64,000 nucleotides of DNA from Patescibacteria group bacterium (GTDB lineage Bacteria > Patescibacteriota > UBA1384 > 2-12-FULL-50-11). This document shows, in pieces, positions 63,476-64,000 of this stretch. The stretch's first letter is position 1. Each line of letters begins with the position of its first letter. Made by a program: the position numbers and the translations under genes. The notes under the pieces were generated by a model. That model searched no databases. It was not told the origin of the DNA and saw only the letters and a list, made by a program, of their open reading frames with translations. The stretch covers positions 31,196-95,195 of the forward strand of contig JBBUAP010000004.1 in NCBI GenBank assembly GCA_038058635.1, given 5' to 3'.

Positions 63476-64000
63476 GCACTCTTCACCAGCCGTCGAGCAA
63501 GCTGCTCGGCGGCCTTTTTGTCGTCCTGATCGAGCTCGCTGTCTAACACCAGCTGTAGTAGATGTTCTTTGATTGGTTTAATCCACGCTCCAGCCGGTCG
63601 ATGAAACATCGCCATCAGTTCCTCGCCGTCGAGCGGGCTATGAATTTTGGCAATTTCGGCTTGCTTGTCTAATTCGATAATCCTCTCCTGCAAAACCGAG
63701 CGCATCTGTTTGTACTTCTCCATCTTACGCTGGTTAGCGCCGGTCGAATCGGCTTCGGCAAACAGAAATAAGTCATCAAGCGTCTCACCAGCATCACGGA
63801 CAAAGCGTCGGACCGCCCCGTCGGTCCATAAACCGTCATTATTAGGTATGCGTTGATGGAGATAGCAGAGCTTTGCAAGATAGTCGACAAATTCGTTGGC
63901 ATATTTTAACCGGCGCAAAATATCTTTGGCCAGCCGTGAACCAACTACCTCATGGCCCAAAAAGTGATACTCGCCACCAATTTTCTGACGAGTTAGGGGT
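63472..64000 (-). CDS. cca: CCA-adding enzyme / poly(A) polymerase family, C-terminal region (N-terminal part outside the window)
   Basis: The frame remains open to the window edge; ...RLKYANEFVDYLAKLCYLHQRI... is typical of the tRNA nucleotidyltransferase C-terminal domain. Confidence 0.65.
   Translation of the reverse strand, partial: PLTRQKIGGEYHFLGHEVVGSRLAKDILRRLKYANEFVDYLAKLCYLHQRIPNNDGLWTDGAVRRFVRDAGETLDDLFLFAEADSTGANQRKMEKYKQMRSVLQERIIELDKQAEIAKIHSPLDGEELMAMFHRPAGAWIKPIKEHLLQLVLDSELDQDDKKAAEQLARRLVKSA

Noticed and set aside
63237-63479. 80 aa minus-strand ORF overlapping the 63222-63475 plus ORF
   Set aside because: It has Arg/Pro-rich biased composition and no RBS. The plus-strand ORF has a GGAGG RBS. 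Both remain low confidence.

Overview
This 64 kb window looks like a compact, probably monoderm (possibly Patescibacteria/CPR-like) bacterial genome at moderate GC. Supporting the monoderm guess are Gram-positive-style type IV pilus/competence genes with no PilMNOQ, an LPXTG surface protein, a heliorhodopsin, class II NrdJ and ribosomal proteins with low-complexity extensions. Both strands are densely coding. Layout in order: (1) a type IV pilus locus (pilB 3' end, pilT, pilC, major pilin, pilD and four minor pilins), with each intergenic gap holding short tandem repeats plus a conserved ~40 nt element; (2) rnhA and ftsW/rodA; (3) rplU-secE-nusG-rplK, followed by ~13 kb of unrelated genes (membrane protein, dprA-topA, NUDIX, recR, cysS, a three-gene secreted/LPXTG surface-protein operon, prfB, ybaB, pth) before rplA appears, then two minus-strand unknown genes, then rplJ-rplL, which is followed by a heliorhodopsin and msrA instead of rpoBC; (4) tandem LytM-like paralogs, micro-ORFs and tgt; (5) a translationally coupled operon of a small Pro/Ser-rich protein plus two paralogous ~800-1000 aa single-TM VirD4/TrwB/FtsK-like P-loop ATPases with no other secretion-system parts in the window, which I rate the most novel candidate system here; (6) secDF, rluA, a UvrD helicase/RecB-nuclease fusion, a trx / membrane-transporter / PduO adenosyltransferase / nrdJ cluster, ftsAZ, ybeY-yqeY-rpsU and housekeeping hydrolases. 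I found no rRNA, tRNA or CRISPR array. Two long ORF-poor gaps (51.76-52.38 kb and 56.59-57.25 kb) may hold regulatory RNAs or ncRNAs, but I could not classify them by eye.
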